The notes: generated by a model not told the origin, from the letters alone. 64,000 nt of DNA from Pseudomonadota bacterium (GCA_041178185.1 JBEGVS010000024.1:22284-86283); one strand, 5' to 3'; counted from the first letter of the stretch, positions 51,258-61,815 are shown. A program made the numbers and translations.

Positions 51258-52028
51258 ATGAAAATCACCCTGCTCAGAAGTGTAAGACTGGCCACCGTGG
51301 CTTTACTGGCTCTGATCGTTACCTCAACTGGCGCACGCGCCGAAAAGAGGCTCACTTGGCAATCCAAGGGAACCCTCCAGGTGATTAAAGCTGATGCCAT
51401 CACCGTCGACGGATTCCCCTATAAGCTGACGGCAGGTACCGTATATGATCGGTACGGGCAACACACGACCCTCTCCTCCTTCAAGGTAGGAGATTACGTA
51501 AAGGTCACATTCCTGACCGATCGCACGGTCCTGGAACTCGAAGCCCAGCAATCCGGGGGACAATCCAGCACCGGAACCCCAACCCCCGCTCCTACCCCGC
51601 AGCCATCGAGATTCAGCGCACGACTCTCGCCACTTGGAACTTCCGTGTCGCAGGGACGGAGCGCGGCAACATACCAGGGCGCCGCCGGACGATTTACCCT
51701 TGAGGTTAAAATCCCCCAAAATACCATCCCCCTCGCTACAACACCTGCTGACGCTAAAGCGATGGTGATTACCGCTACGATTACCCGGAAGGGAGTTGTG
51801 ATCGCGACATGCAGCACTCGATTCGAAGCTACTCGACGCAAAGTAACCGCGTACGATTTCAAAACTGAGATCGAGAGAACTATCCGATACGGCAGCTCTA
51901 GAACTCGAGCTAAAAAGGGCAACTGCATTCTCGCTGATGGCAGCCAGGGACTCCCGATCGTGAAAGGTGGAGATCGGATGACGGTTTCGGAACCAACCGC
52001 CGGAGAGTTCCTCACCGGAACATTCTGA
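51258..52028 (+). CDS. Secreted protein with a DUF5666-like beta domain and a PT linker
   Basis: RBS ggagg, signal peptide ending ARA, G.L.....ITVDG......T.......FKVGDYVKV and TPTPAPTP. Confidence 0.7.
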   Translation: MKITLLRSVRLATVALLALIVTSTGARAEKRLTWQSKGTLQVIKADAITVDGFPYKLTAGTVYDRYGQHTTLSSFKVGDYVKVTFLTDRTVLELEAQQSGGQSSTGTPTPAPTPQPSRFSARLSPLGTSVSQGRSAATYQGAAGRFTLEVKIPQNTIPLATTPADAKAMVITATITRKGVVIATCSTRFEATRRKVTAYDFKTEIERTIRYGSSRTRAKKGNCILADGSQGLPIVKGGDRMTVSEPTAGEFLTGTF

Positions 52029-52354
52029 TCCTTCGGTTCATGTGGGATAGTCGCGGTATCCGATCGAAAGGGGCGATCCTCCTACCAACGAATGAAACCA
52101 GATGGCGACTCTTCCGGACTAGAAGTTCCTCATTCGTGTACCGAAGAGCACTGCGCTCAAAGAAGAAGAGCACTTCGCTCAAAGAAAGTTTGCAAAGGCA
52201 GCTGCCTATAACTAATACCGGTGGCTTCACACCCCGAGCACGCCCTGAATAGCGAGGCACTCCGTATAGGCTTAGGGTCTCTATCCCTTTAAGTACACAA
52301 GAGATATTCGAATATTTCAGCGCTCCCCTGCCCTCTCAAGCTGCTCAAAATTTC

Positions 52355-52368
52355 CCCACATATGTGGG
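52355..52368. promoter_or_regulatory. Perfect 14-bp palindrome upstream of the large secreted protein gene
   Basis: cccacatatgtggg in an intergenic region, with a second palindrome atattcgaatat near 52303. Confidence 0.3.
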
Positions 52369-52618
52369 ATGTAGCCCCAAAAACCTTGCTAATTTTGGGA
52401 AAAACATACCCTCCCCTTCATTGACTACCGTTGAATCGCCGCTATTCTTTGCAAGGTCACATCGAGCCTCTCTGACAACATAACTGAATGCTAGGGCAAA
52501 CGTGCCTTACTCGCTTTCACCAAAAAGGTTGAGCGGGATGTTGTGGAGCAAGGGACATCTGTCCCCTCTCACGTCAGAGTCAAAGCGCCACAAACGCCGT
52601 GGAGTTGAAAAAAATAGT

Positions 52619-55600
52619 ATGAAGACTAACCTGCTGTCCCTGATTGCAACGCTCACCGCCCTCCTATCTTCTGTAGTGGTAAGCAATATCGCCGAAGCTC
52701 AAGAGGTCTATCGAGACAGCGGCATTAAGATGGGATATCTCTCGTCCTCCGAGACGGTGGCTACTGACGGCTACGATCAGTGCTTCACCTCAGTTGGCGA
52801 TTATCTCTGGGTTCAAGCAGACAACTCGGCAAATAAAGAGCCATTCTTTCAGGTGCGTGCAATCAACAACCGCATCTCCGTGTCACGCAATCGCTATGCT
52901 GATGGTCGAGGTGTCTACGTCTGCCATAACTCGAGCGGAACAACACAGCGAGTTAAAGCAGGGTACGTATCGTCTGGGACATCCATTGGAGCGGGCCTTA
53001 CCTGCGTTGTGAGCGTGGCCAATTTCATCAAAGATCGGCGAGCGGGTGGTGGTAGCGGCTCAGTGGCCTGCTCGTACAACCGGTCTACGGGTATCATCAC
53101 TGCATCTCAAACTGACGCAGGTCGAATCTACGAGTGTGGATATGTGTGCGTCCAGCCATCAAACGGCAACACGACAAATCTATTCTCCCTCAACTCAACT
53201 CAAACGGGCGGAAGTGCGAACATCGGTGCGCAAAGAAACTGTGCTGCCGGCACTAATTCTTTCACCTCGAGGTGCAGCGGAACCGCCATTCTGGGCGCTT
53301 CCTATGACCCAACTTCGGGACTTGCAGTTCTCGGCCATACGAACAACGGGTGCGTCACCGCAAGCTTCTCGTACCTGTGCACCGGTGGAGCACAAATACA
53401 ATGCGCCGATGGCATCGATAACGATGGGGATGGGCTCACCGATCGAGGGGATCCTGGATGCTGGGCTAACCCACAAGATCCAAACTCATATGACCCAAAT
53501 CTCAACAACGAGGGGGCTCGAACCTCTCAGTGTCAGGACGGTGTGGATAACGATTCAGATGGCGCCACCGACGCGTCCGACCCTGGATGCTGGCGCGATG
53601 TGACGAACAGCGCGACGTATGACCGCACCCTCAATAACGAGGGTCGTGCTAACCCTTCGCAGCCTCAAGGTACCAACTGGACGAAGTTTGAGTGTCAGCC
53701 TGTCCCTAACACAGGTGCCAACACGTATAATACAAATATCCAATGCGTCGCGAAGATAGCGCGCCCCGGAAGCGGTCGCTGGTATAATGCGTATCAGCAG
53801 TATTGTCCTACGTTCTGCGCTAGCATTGGACAAACTAACGTTCCATCGCCGGACGGATTTGCTTGTACCTCCGGAGAGGAGCGCCCCTGGTCTGCAATTA
53901 ACGCGGGCGTTGACTACAGTCCGACAGGATGCTGGCACAGCTGTTCGCTACCTGAAGGTATCCCAGGTGCTAAGAGCGAGTCCTCTCGCTGCTATCATCC
54001 AACACAGAAGCGAGATAACGACCGAACAGATACCACTGTAGGATGTTATTGCGCCACCGGCGACATCGGAGCGTCAACCATGGAGGTTGGAATCCATAGC
54101 GCGGGAGTTGCGACAGCTCGAGGAGTAGCCCTCAACCTTGCAGGATGGAGCAGAGTGGATCGCCAATTAGTCAATGACAGGCCGAACCGCTTGTTCGACG
54201 TCCTAGGCCAGATTCCCCTTGGAGGAACAGGTACACTCTCAATGAATGTCAATATTCAGGGAGCCTGCGGAACTAACGCAGTATTAAACGGAAATATCGC
54301 CCTCATCACTGGCGCACAAATTCCCTCCCAAAATGTGGTCGTGCCTCTCCCTGCGTGCGCCGCTCAGTGTCAGAACGGGATTGATGATGATCGAGATGGT
54401 CTCGTCGATTTAGCTGACCCGGGATGCTCAGGCCCTACAGACAACAACGAGGGTGACGGTACATCGCAGTGTCAGAACGGCACGGATGACGATGGAGACG
54501 GTCTCGTCGACTTGGCTGACCCAGGATGCTCAGGCCCTACAGACAACAACGAAGGAGACGGAACCTCGCAGTGACAGAACGGCAAAGATGACGACAAAGA
54601 TGGTCTCGTCGACTTGGCTGACCCAGGATGCTCAAGACCTACAGACAACAACGAGGGAGACGGAACCTCGCAGTGTCAGAATCGTAAGGATGACGACAAA
54701 GATGGTCTCGTCGATTTGGCTGACCCAGGATGCTCGGGCCCCACAGACAACAACGAGGGAGATGGAACCTCGCAGTGTCAGAACGGCAAGGATGATGACC
54801 GAGATGGTCTGATCGATGTGGCTGACCCGGGATGCTCCAGCCCTCAAGACAACAATGAGGCTGATGGCACCGCTCAGTGTCAGAACGGCAAGGATGACGA
54901 CAGAGATGGCCTGATCGATTTAGCTGACCCAGGATGTTCATGTCCTACCGACAACTACGAGGGCGACGGAACCTCGCAATGTCAGAACGGCAAAGATGAC
55001 GATCAAGACGGCCTGGTCGACTTAGCCGACCCAGGCTGCTCGAGCCCGCAAGACAACAATGAAGCTGATGGAACCTCGCAATGTCAGGATGGCAAGGATA
55101 ACGATAACGACGGTCGAATCGATATGAACGATCTCGGTTGTTCTTCGCCTCAAGATAACAGCGAGTGCGGTGAGGTAGTACCTACAGCAACACCGACATT
55201 CACTTCAACGGCGACCGCTACCGCGACGCCAACGGCAACTGCGACGCCAACGGCGACCGGCACATCGACGGCGACGCCAACAGCTACCGCCACATCATCG
55301 GCAACGCCAACAGCGACCGCGACCTCAACGCCAACACCAGCAGCGACAAATACGCCGCCGGTAACCGCGTTCAAGATTACACCGATCGCAGAGTGTGTGG
55401 ATGCCCTACAAAATGGCAATCTCTTGGCTCACTTCGGCTACAAGAGTGATGAGCCCTCCTCCGTTACTATTCCGGTTGGGGCTAAGAACAATGTAGCGCC
55501 TGGAGTTCCGGACGTAGGACAACCCACAACCTTCTTCAGAGGGGCATTCAGTGACGTGTTCACCGTGATCATCCCAGTGGCTACACCACAAAACGGAAGC

Positions 55601-56137
55601 ACCACGACCTCGGATGTCGTTCGTTGGACACTCGGAGGAGCTTTTGCCGAGGCATCGACTCAAACTGCGCGTTGCAGCGGTGGAGAGATTTCGTGCATCG
55701 AGACCGACATCAAGGATATCTTGGCTCAGCTCGATAACTTGGCATCTCGTCAGCGTACCACCGTGCGCACCTTATCTGCTCGCATACGGAGCACCTCAAG
55801 CAGTTCGGCATTTACTGCCCAAGCTGCTGCCTATGCGGCTGCAGCGGGAAGGCTCTACCTTGAGCAATGGAAAGCTATCTGGTCGAAGTTCCCGCAAGTG
55901 ACAAAGCAGTGCACAGGATGCGCGGCTATCGACACCTCATCAAGTGTGGCGGAGATTAACGAGCGGTCGAAGAAGCTGTTACGATTGACGAAGCAAGCGG
56001 CTGCAACTCTCAAGAAAGCACGCCGTCGAGCTTTGAGCTCAAGCGATACAGCAACCGTAAATACCGGGACGACCCTGTACAACCGCACCATTGACGTATC
56101 GAAGAAGCTTCCTCTCTTCAATAGTCAGTGCGACTAG
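52619..56137 (+). CDS. Large secreted Cys-rich protein with Asp-rich putative Ca-binding repeats, interrupted by one in-frame TGA at 54572-54574 (pseudogene, assembly error or recoding)
   Basis: Signal peptide MKTNLL..AEA. ORFs 52502..54574 and 54614..56137 share a frame and the repeat array continues across the stop. Confidence 0.8.
54365..55165 (+). repeat. Eight tandem 102-bp (34-aa) coding repeats QCQNGxDDDxDGLxDLADPGCSxPxDNNExDGTS
   Basis: Units start at 54365, 54467, 54569, 54671, 54773, 54875, 54977 and 55079 (last one diverged). Two longer related units lie near 53399 and 53528. Confidence 0.95.
55181..55360 (+). repeat. Low-complexity Pro/Thr/Ala linker (PTATAT repeats)
   Basis: Repeated acgccaac.gc.ac.gc units encoding PTATPTFTSTATATATPTATATP. 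Confidence 0.8.
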
Positions 56138-56148
56138 GGCCTGCTCTG

Positions 56149-56189
56149 AACGCAATGCTCGGCGGTTATAACCCGCCGAGCGTTGCGTT
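56149..56189. terminator. Long stem-loop, probable terminator between convergent genes
   Basis: aacgcaatgctcggcgg-ttataac-ccgccgagcgttgcgtt, starting 12 bp after the stop codon. Confidence 0.7.
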
Positions 56190-56281
56190 GCTCCATGAGC
56201 GATTCCCGGGCCTCTAGGGCCACCCAGCCGAAGGACGATGACGGCGAAATCCCCTACAGGAGAAGCTTCCGTAGCGAGAGG

Positions 56282-57319
56282 CTAAGCCCCAACCACGAGC
56301 CCTTCCAGGGTCTCAATATCCGCCTTCCACCCCACAGCTATAAGGGTCGACTCCGCGACGAGCACGGTATCTCCTTGCGGATTGAGCTGAAATTTGCCCT
56401 CAGGCGAGATAATCGCCGCAATGCTCACGTTAGCGGTTTGACGAAACGCGAGGTCCCGTAGGGTCTTACCACAGATCGGAGACGATGCCGGGACCTTGAT
56501 CTCCTCTATCTTCCACCCCGCGACACCGGTACCGGCGATTTCAAAAAAATCAGTTATGTAGGGCCGCATGAGCCCATCGGCGAGCTTGCGAGCCGCGAGA
56601 CGGTAGGCCGATATCAGCCGATTCACTCCAGCGCGCTTGAGGCGCTTTTCTCCCACTTCGTCCTCAGCACGGCTTACGATGTACAGGCCTGCGTTTAACT
56701 CCCGTGCGGTGAGGGTCACATACACATTATCGGAGTCACGCGGAAGAAGGGTAACCAGCCGCTTGGCTCGTGCAACACCGGCGGATGTCAACGACTCATC
56801 CGTAGTAGCGTCTCCAGAGATAACCAGGAATCCGGCCTGCTCAGCCTCACGACCACGATCCGAATCAGATTCTATCACGACGATCTTCTCGCCTGCTCGC
56901 CGGAGCTCTGCCGCAGCTATCCGGCTTAGTCGACTGAATCCACAAAAGATGGTGTGATCACTAATCTTCGCTATCTGCTCCCGCATCTTTTTGCTCCTAT
57001 CGAACAACCTATTAAATTGCCCCTCTAAAATGGCCTGAGAAACAGAACCCACCATCACCGTGAAGATTCCCAACCCAGCGAATATCAGCACGATTGTGAA
57101 GACACGTCCGGAGGTGGTGAGGGGGTGAACTTCGCCATACCCGATCGTTGCAAGGGTAATAACCGTCATGTAAAAAGCGTCCAAGGCGTTCCACCCCTCG
57201 AGCTTCATGTATCCGACGGTACCGAATCCGAAAACCAATGCGAGCATGCAGACTAACAGGAAGATCCTTTTTCGAGCTGCATCGAGATCGTACTCTTTCA
57301 GGGCCCTACTATCACTCAT
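56282..57319 (-). CDS. Two-TM potassium channel with RCK (TrkA-N/TrkA-C) domains
   Basis: DAFYMTVITLATIGYGE selectivity filter, H.I.CGF, GDATT and a TrkA-C-like NP..DT.L tail. Start at MSDSR overlaps the upstream stop. Confidence 0.93.
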   Translation of the reverse strand: MSDSRALKEYDLDAARKRIFLLVCMLALVFGFGTVGYMKLEGWNALDAFYMTVITLATIGYGEVHPLTTSGRVFTIVLIFAGLGIFTVMVGSVSQAILEGQFNRLFDRSKKMREQIAKISDHTIFCGFSRLSRIAAAELRRAGEKIVVIESDSDRGREAEQAGFLVISGDATTDESLTSAGVARAKRLVTLLPRDSDNVYVTLTARELNAGLYIVSRAEDEVGEKRLKRAGVNRLISAYRLAARKLADGLMRPYITDFFEIAGTGVAGWKIEEIKVPASSPICGKTLRDLAFRQTANVSIAAIISPEGKFQLNPQGDTVLVAESTLIAVGWKADIETLEGLVVGA

Positions 57320-58535
57320 GCGCGAGATGCTCCGGAGAGGGATTGAGCACCTTCGAAACCACGGCATCAAATCTTTCTAAGACCGACGACCAGGAGTATT
57401 CCCGCTCAACATACTCTAAGCCGGCCGCGGCATGGGCTTTTCGAGCCTCTCCATCCCCTAACAGGTAGTTAGTCACACCGGCCAGGTCGTGAGCTGAGCT
57501 GAAATACAGCCCTCCGCGAGATTGCTCTGCATGATGCCTCGTTACAGCACACGCTCCATGAACAACCACCGGCGTACCAACCATCCAGGACTCCATAATC
57601 ACGATAGAAAAGGACTCATTCGTAGAGGGCTGACAGAGGTAGAGCGCGTGACGAAGGAGTCGCTGTTTATCTCGCTCACTCATATGGGGGAGATCGACGA
57701 TATCTGAGCGGGAAAGGACCTCAGGACGGTGCAGATCGTTGAAGCTCCCGCCCCCCAGAATAGCCAGTTTGACCCGCTCAGGAAGGAGCCCCTCGGCCTT
57801 GGCCTGTACGAAGTAGTCGATGAGCATGTGTACGTTTTTCCCCGTCTCTTTACGACCGAGGTACACTATGTAGGGACTAGCGTCTGGAAGGTACGGCTCA
57901 AGAGCTGAGACGTACTCAGCGGTGGGCATATCGAATCCCATACCTACCACCCCACCGGAGATCTCCCCGTAGAGGGAGCGAGCAAGCTCCCTCTCTGGCT
58001 CAGCGTTGAAGAGGCATCCCCGCACCTGCCGAAACATCGACGCGATAACGTCCTGATAGGCGTACGCTTCATCATGCAGACATGGGATAAGGATGCTCTT
58101 CTCGGGAGCGATGAGAGAGCCCCAGAAGGTAGTGCCAAAAAGATATGGCCCAAAAAATAGGGCGTCAAAATTACACGCATGTCGCGCGATGTGCGCATAG
58201 AGAGCACGTGAATTCACACTCTCCGCCATCCATGTGAGTTGGTCATCTACTGCTATCTTCTGACCATCGTGAAGGGCGATCTGAATCGGAATCCACTTGT
58301 CGAGGTTGCGAGGATCCACCACGAACCGATACACCGGAAGCCCATTCGCTACCGATGCGCCCGCTGTGAACTCATTTGCCCATGTCCTGTTATCTTTAGC
58401 GCAGGTTGTCCAGACCTCCACCTCGTCTCCACGCGCTGCGAGATGGGCAGCGATATTCCCCATAAGGGTTTCAGCCCCCCCTGCAATCCCCTCAAAGTAG
58501 CGAGGTATAACGAAAGCGAATCTGCGTGAACTCAT
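57312..58535 (-). CDS. Glycosyltransferase family 4
   Basis: PRY...IAGGAE, YLGRKE.GKN and PSTNESFSIVIMESW..GTPV (EX7E motif). Confidence 0.92.
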   Translation of the reverse strand: MSSRRFAFVIPRYFEGIAGGAETLMGNIAAHLAARGDEVEVWTTCAKDNRTWANEFTAGASVANGLPVYRFVVDPRNLDKWIPIQIALHDGQKIAVDDQLTWMAESVNSRALYAHIARHACNFDALFFGPYLFGTTFWGSLIAPEKSILIPCLHDEAYAYQDVIASMFRQVRGCLFNAEPERELARSLYGEISGGVVGMGFDMPTAEYVSALEPYLPDASPYIVYLGRKETGKNVHMLIDYFVQAKAEGLLPERVKLAILGGGSFNDLHRPEVLSRSDIVDLPHMSERDKQRLLRHALYLCQPSTNESFSIVIMESWMVGTPVVVHGACAVTRHHAEQSRGGLYFSSAHDLAGVTNYLLGDGEARKAHAAAGLEYVEREYSWSSVLERFDAVVSKVLNPSPEHLAHE

Positions 58536-58797
58536 ACCGACAAACGACGGGAAACGGGTACAAGACCCCACTATGGGGCTTGTAAGAGATATCTGGAACC
58601 GTCCCGTACCTCTTAAAACAGGCAGTATGCCCTATAAACGAGCATCTCAAAAGCGGACTAATACCCCTATCTTATTAGCTAATTACGACAAAACAGCAAA
58701 CAAACGTCACATTCGAACAGCCTCAAACCATAACCTTTTTGTCAATCGATTCGTCGGTTGTCATAACGTTTCGGTAGTAGTTGTTAAAGGAATAGAT

Positions 58798-59052
58798 ATG
58801 ACACAGGTACCACAACCTCTTCTCTTGACCGTTAAGGAAGTGGCTAAATTACTTCGCATTCACCGACCCAAAGTTTACGACCTGATCAAGGCAGGAACCA
58901 TCGAAGGTTTCAAGCTCGGATCCGACTGGCGAGTTAAGCGCGAGTCCGTTGAGAAGCTTATCGGTGAGATCCCAGAAGACTTCTTCGCCACCTCAAAGGG
59001 CGCAAAGAAACTTGCTGCAACAGGCCTCGCTCAGGTTAAACTCGCTTCATAA
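58798..59052 (+). CDS. Excisionase/MerR-like helix-turn-helix (HTH_17) DNA-binding protein
   Basis: LLTVKEVAKLLRIHRPKVYDLIKAG.I.GFKLG.DWRV; RBS aagga. Confidence 0.88.
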   Translation: MTQVPQPLLLTVKEVAKLLRIHRPKVYDLIKAGTIEGFKLGSDWRVKRESVEKLIGEIPEDFFATSKGAKKLAATGLAQVKLAS

Positions 59053-59209
59053 GCGCGGCAGGCGAGAGCGCTAGGCTCTCGGCGAGGCGCACCGATGCAG
59101 CGGCGATACCGAAACGAGAGCCCCTTCTGGTCTCTGTAGGACCGCGCCGCGGCATCGGTGAGGTGAGCACTCCACACCTCACACCGTAATACCTAGGGAG
59201 AGGGTAGCA

Positions 59210-60883
59210 ATGTCCGATCGGTTATCACACGTCAACCCGACCCCTTCGCCAGGCCCTCACTCACTTCCAGAACCGCTCCTCGTTCCTCCTCTTACCCTTC
59301 TTCCCCGAAATCTCTCCAACCAACTTCGTGATGTAGCTCCCGGAGGCATGGTTTTTGTCGATGGTTTGGGAGAGACACATCATACGAAGGAACGGATTCT
59401 GGAACGAAAGCTCCCTCCCCTCGTATCTTTTCGAAAACAACCGGATGGATCCTTCCGAGTCTACAGTGGATTACCTCCTCGCAATCTCACCCATTGCGGC
59501 TCAGGCTCTGTTCCACACCCAGAGAACCTTGAGCGCGACCGAGGCATGCAATGTCCGGTCATCCTTAATTCAGGTGATTGGATCGCTCTCACGGCCGCAC
59601 TACCAGTGGCTATTCCTACATTCCTTCCGACCGATCCTGTTTCCCCCGCCGACAAAATCGCCTCAAAAATTGCAGCGGGCTTGGTGGGCGAGACCCTCAT
59701 CCTTGGAAGAAGCGCTGTGCCGGAATGCCCAACTAGTGTGAGTCGCGCGCACATCACGATAAAGATTCTTGAGCGCTCTGAGTTATCTCCGACTCGAATC
59801 CAACTTCGAGTTTTAGCTATCCCAGGCATTGAGGGCTCCCACCCCATCTATGAAGTAAAACCAGACGGTCAGCTCGAGCAGATCACCGGAAGTAAGTTGA
59901 TCCCGGCCGGAGGAACGATCCAAGTTGGGGAACGGGGTGAGCGTCTTACACTTCCTCACCCCAAAAACTCCCTGGATGAGGCGTCGAGGATCTTTCATCA
60001 CAGTCTCTTGCGTAATGACCCTGAGGCTAACCAAAGTGTCGTGAGCGTATTCGGTCTACAGGGCCTCAAGAAGGTTCAATTTGATGCGCTACGGGAGTAT
60101 GTCATAACAGCCGTAACCATGATTCGGGAGGGACGGTCCGGTGACGCGATAGTTCATCTCCTCACTCAATCCAAGGAGCTCGACGCTTGCGGGTATACGC
60201 TCTCGGCAGGCGCTCCGTGTCATCTGGCAAGCCTTAACCGCGAGAGCATAGCGAATAACCTCTCGGAGGTGGCGTACTGCTCGTGGTTTCAAAACCCTGC
60301 GAAACGCATCTGTGTAAGTTACGGAATACTATCTCCCGGCCTCACCCCCACGAATGATGAGGAGCGCGAGCTTCTCGCCGTATGGGAGAGAAATGTGGCG
60401 TTGATTGTTGCCGAGGAGTACGTACACGCTCTTCAAGACATGCATGGCGGCGCTATCTCAGACTACACCCCTATCCTTGGAGGTAAAGCCAGGGTTGACC
60501 TCGAAGCAGATGTGGCGCTCTTCTATAAGCGGCACGGGATCGACCTCTCAGATGGACTATTCCTCCAGCGACACGGAGGTGTTCGGGAGCACGCGATTGA
60601 ATGCGTAGAGGGACGTCAGTCAAAGGATTCGGAGGAACGCTTTAAGCGCTCACTCCTCGAAGCACCTCTTAAAACTCCTGTTCCTATTGTTAATGAGGTA
60701 TCGATAGCCCGCACCGAGGAGGGATACACGGTGACTCCGATCGGAGATCTCAGTGGACGTTACTTCATGACCGCACACGGCCCCGCTAAGGAGCTCTTGA
60801 AAGCGGTCACCCTTCAGGGTGGAGACCAAATATTTCTAGGAGGTAACACCTTTACCCTTCCACGGGTAACAGAAGACTCATAA
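59210..60883 (+). CDS. Hypothetical protein with FHA-like domain(s) and an EExxH metallopeptidase-like motif
   Basis: LILGRS...VSRAH FHA signature, L..GD.I.L(G) FHA-type endings, and AEEYVHALQ...EADVA. Confidence 0.65.
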   Translation: MSDRLSHVNPTPSPGPHSLPEPLLVPPLTLLPRNLSNQLRDVAPGGMVFVDGLGETHHTKERILERKLPPLVSFRKQPDGSFRVYSGLPPRNLTHCGSGSVPHPENLERDRGMQCPVILNSGDWIALTAALPVAIPTFLPTDPVSPADKIASKIAAGLVGETLILGRSAVPECPTSVSRAHITIKILERSELSPTRIQLRVLAIPGIEGSHPIYEVKPDGQLEQITGSKLIPAGGTIQVGERGERLTLPHPKNSLDEASRIFHHSLLRNDPEANQSVVSVFGLQGLKKVQFDALREYVITAVTMIREGRSGDAIVHLLTQSKELDACGYTLSAGAPCHLASLNRESIANNLSEVAYCSWFQNPAKRICVSYGILSPGLTPTNDEERELLAVWERNVALIVAEEYVHALQDMHGGAISDYTPILGGKARVDLEADVALFYKRHGIDLSDGLFLQRHGGVREHAIECVEGRQSKDSEERFKRSLLEAPLKTPVPIVNEVSIARTEEGYTVTPIGDLSGRYFMTAHGPAKELLKAVTLQGGDQIFLGGNTFTLPRVTEDS

Positions 60884-60973
60884 GGCTTCAGTGAGAGCTC
60901 TCTCGCGGGTGGGGTTCCAATGCTCGCTTCCTACTGATGCTCTTCCACTCAGCCGATTAACCGATCCGGCGTC

Positions 60974-61531
60974 CTAAAACCGAAGATCGTAGCGCGAGGA
61001 AAGGGGACCATCGGGATGACCACCTGTGTACTGAAACCCATTTTTTTCGAGGACACGCTTCGATCCCTCGTTGTCGGACCTAACGCGTGCCCAAAGGGAG
61101 GTAAACCTATTACTCCGAGCGAACTTCGCGAGCTCTGCGACTGCGTTCGTCATCAATCCTGGGTGCTCCTGGCTACACCAATAGCCGATCTCTGCACCCG
61201 CGCGATCGTTACTCTTGATATCGAGAGCTCCTACTATCAACCCTCCCCCGCCTACAAGGAAAAACACGAAGTGCGAGCGGTTTTGCCATCCGTCCTTTGC
61301 CCACTCAAGGAAGCTGCGTGCATTATCGAGATTGTATGCCACACCGCTCAACCTCTCTTTGAAGAGAAACTCGTATATGAGCGGCTGATTGCAGATAGAG
61401 ACCAGATTCGAGAGCTGCTCGTCAGTACTGTCGACCCGTGAGGCTGGAACCATTTGATAGTGGATCCCGGTCTTGGCATTGATAACCGGCACTTCGTGGA
61501 ATGTCGTCGTTAGAGATGAAGCAGTCTGCAT
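60974..61531 (-). CDS. GNAT acetyltransferase (RimJ/RimL-like)
   Basis: AEIGYW....PGLMTNAV and NEGSKRVLEKNGF. Confidence 0.88.
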   Translation of the reverse strand: MQTASSLTTTFHEVPVINAKTGIHYQMVPASRVDSTDEQLSNLVSICNQPLIYEFLFKERLSGVAYNLDNARSFLEWAKDGWQNRSHFVFFLVGGGGLIVGALDIKSNDRAGAEIGYWCSQEHPGLMTNAVAELAKFARSNRFTSLWARVRSDNEGSKRVLEKNGFQYTGGHPDGPLSSRYDLRF

Positions 61532-61815
61532 GCCCCGAGTTTAGAGGAAACCTTGAACTATCAAAAAAACAATCGATAACAACCAAAGGGTTGGAGTCAG
61601 AAATAGGCCATTTGGGTCCCTGAGGGGCTACCTGTCGGGCAGATCTAATAAGCACCAATTCCGTGTGCTCCACTCCCGATACACCCCACCCCATAGATGC
61701 AGCTCAGCTACGGCAACATACCCACAAAAAGTGCACCGCCCCGCACTGCCAACCACCTACCCTTCGATAGAAAAACACGGACGCCTTTCCTGTATAACGG
61801 AGGGCTGGTGCCCCC

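Noticed and set aside
54365-55165. Repeat array as a CRISPR array or DGR template/variable pair
   Set aside because: The units are contiguous in-frame coding repeats with mostly synonymous variation. There are no unique spacers, differences are not adenine-specific, and no cas or reverse transcriptase gene is in the window.
54614-56137. Independent 507-aa gene starting at TTG 54614
   Set aside because: It starts mid-repeat with no RBS or signal peptide and is in frame with the upstream ORF, so it is the continuation of one gene.
58798-59052. Prophage or integrative element marked by the excisionase-like gene
   Set aside because: No integrase, att-like repeats, tRNA target or phage genes; the flanks are ordinary cellular genes.
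59090-59160. Hammerhead ribozyme (GAAAC...GUA seen)
   Set aside because: No CUGANGA core in the right position (only CCGAUGC), and stem III is imperfect.
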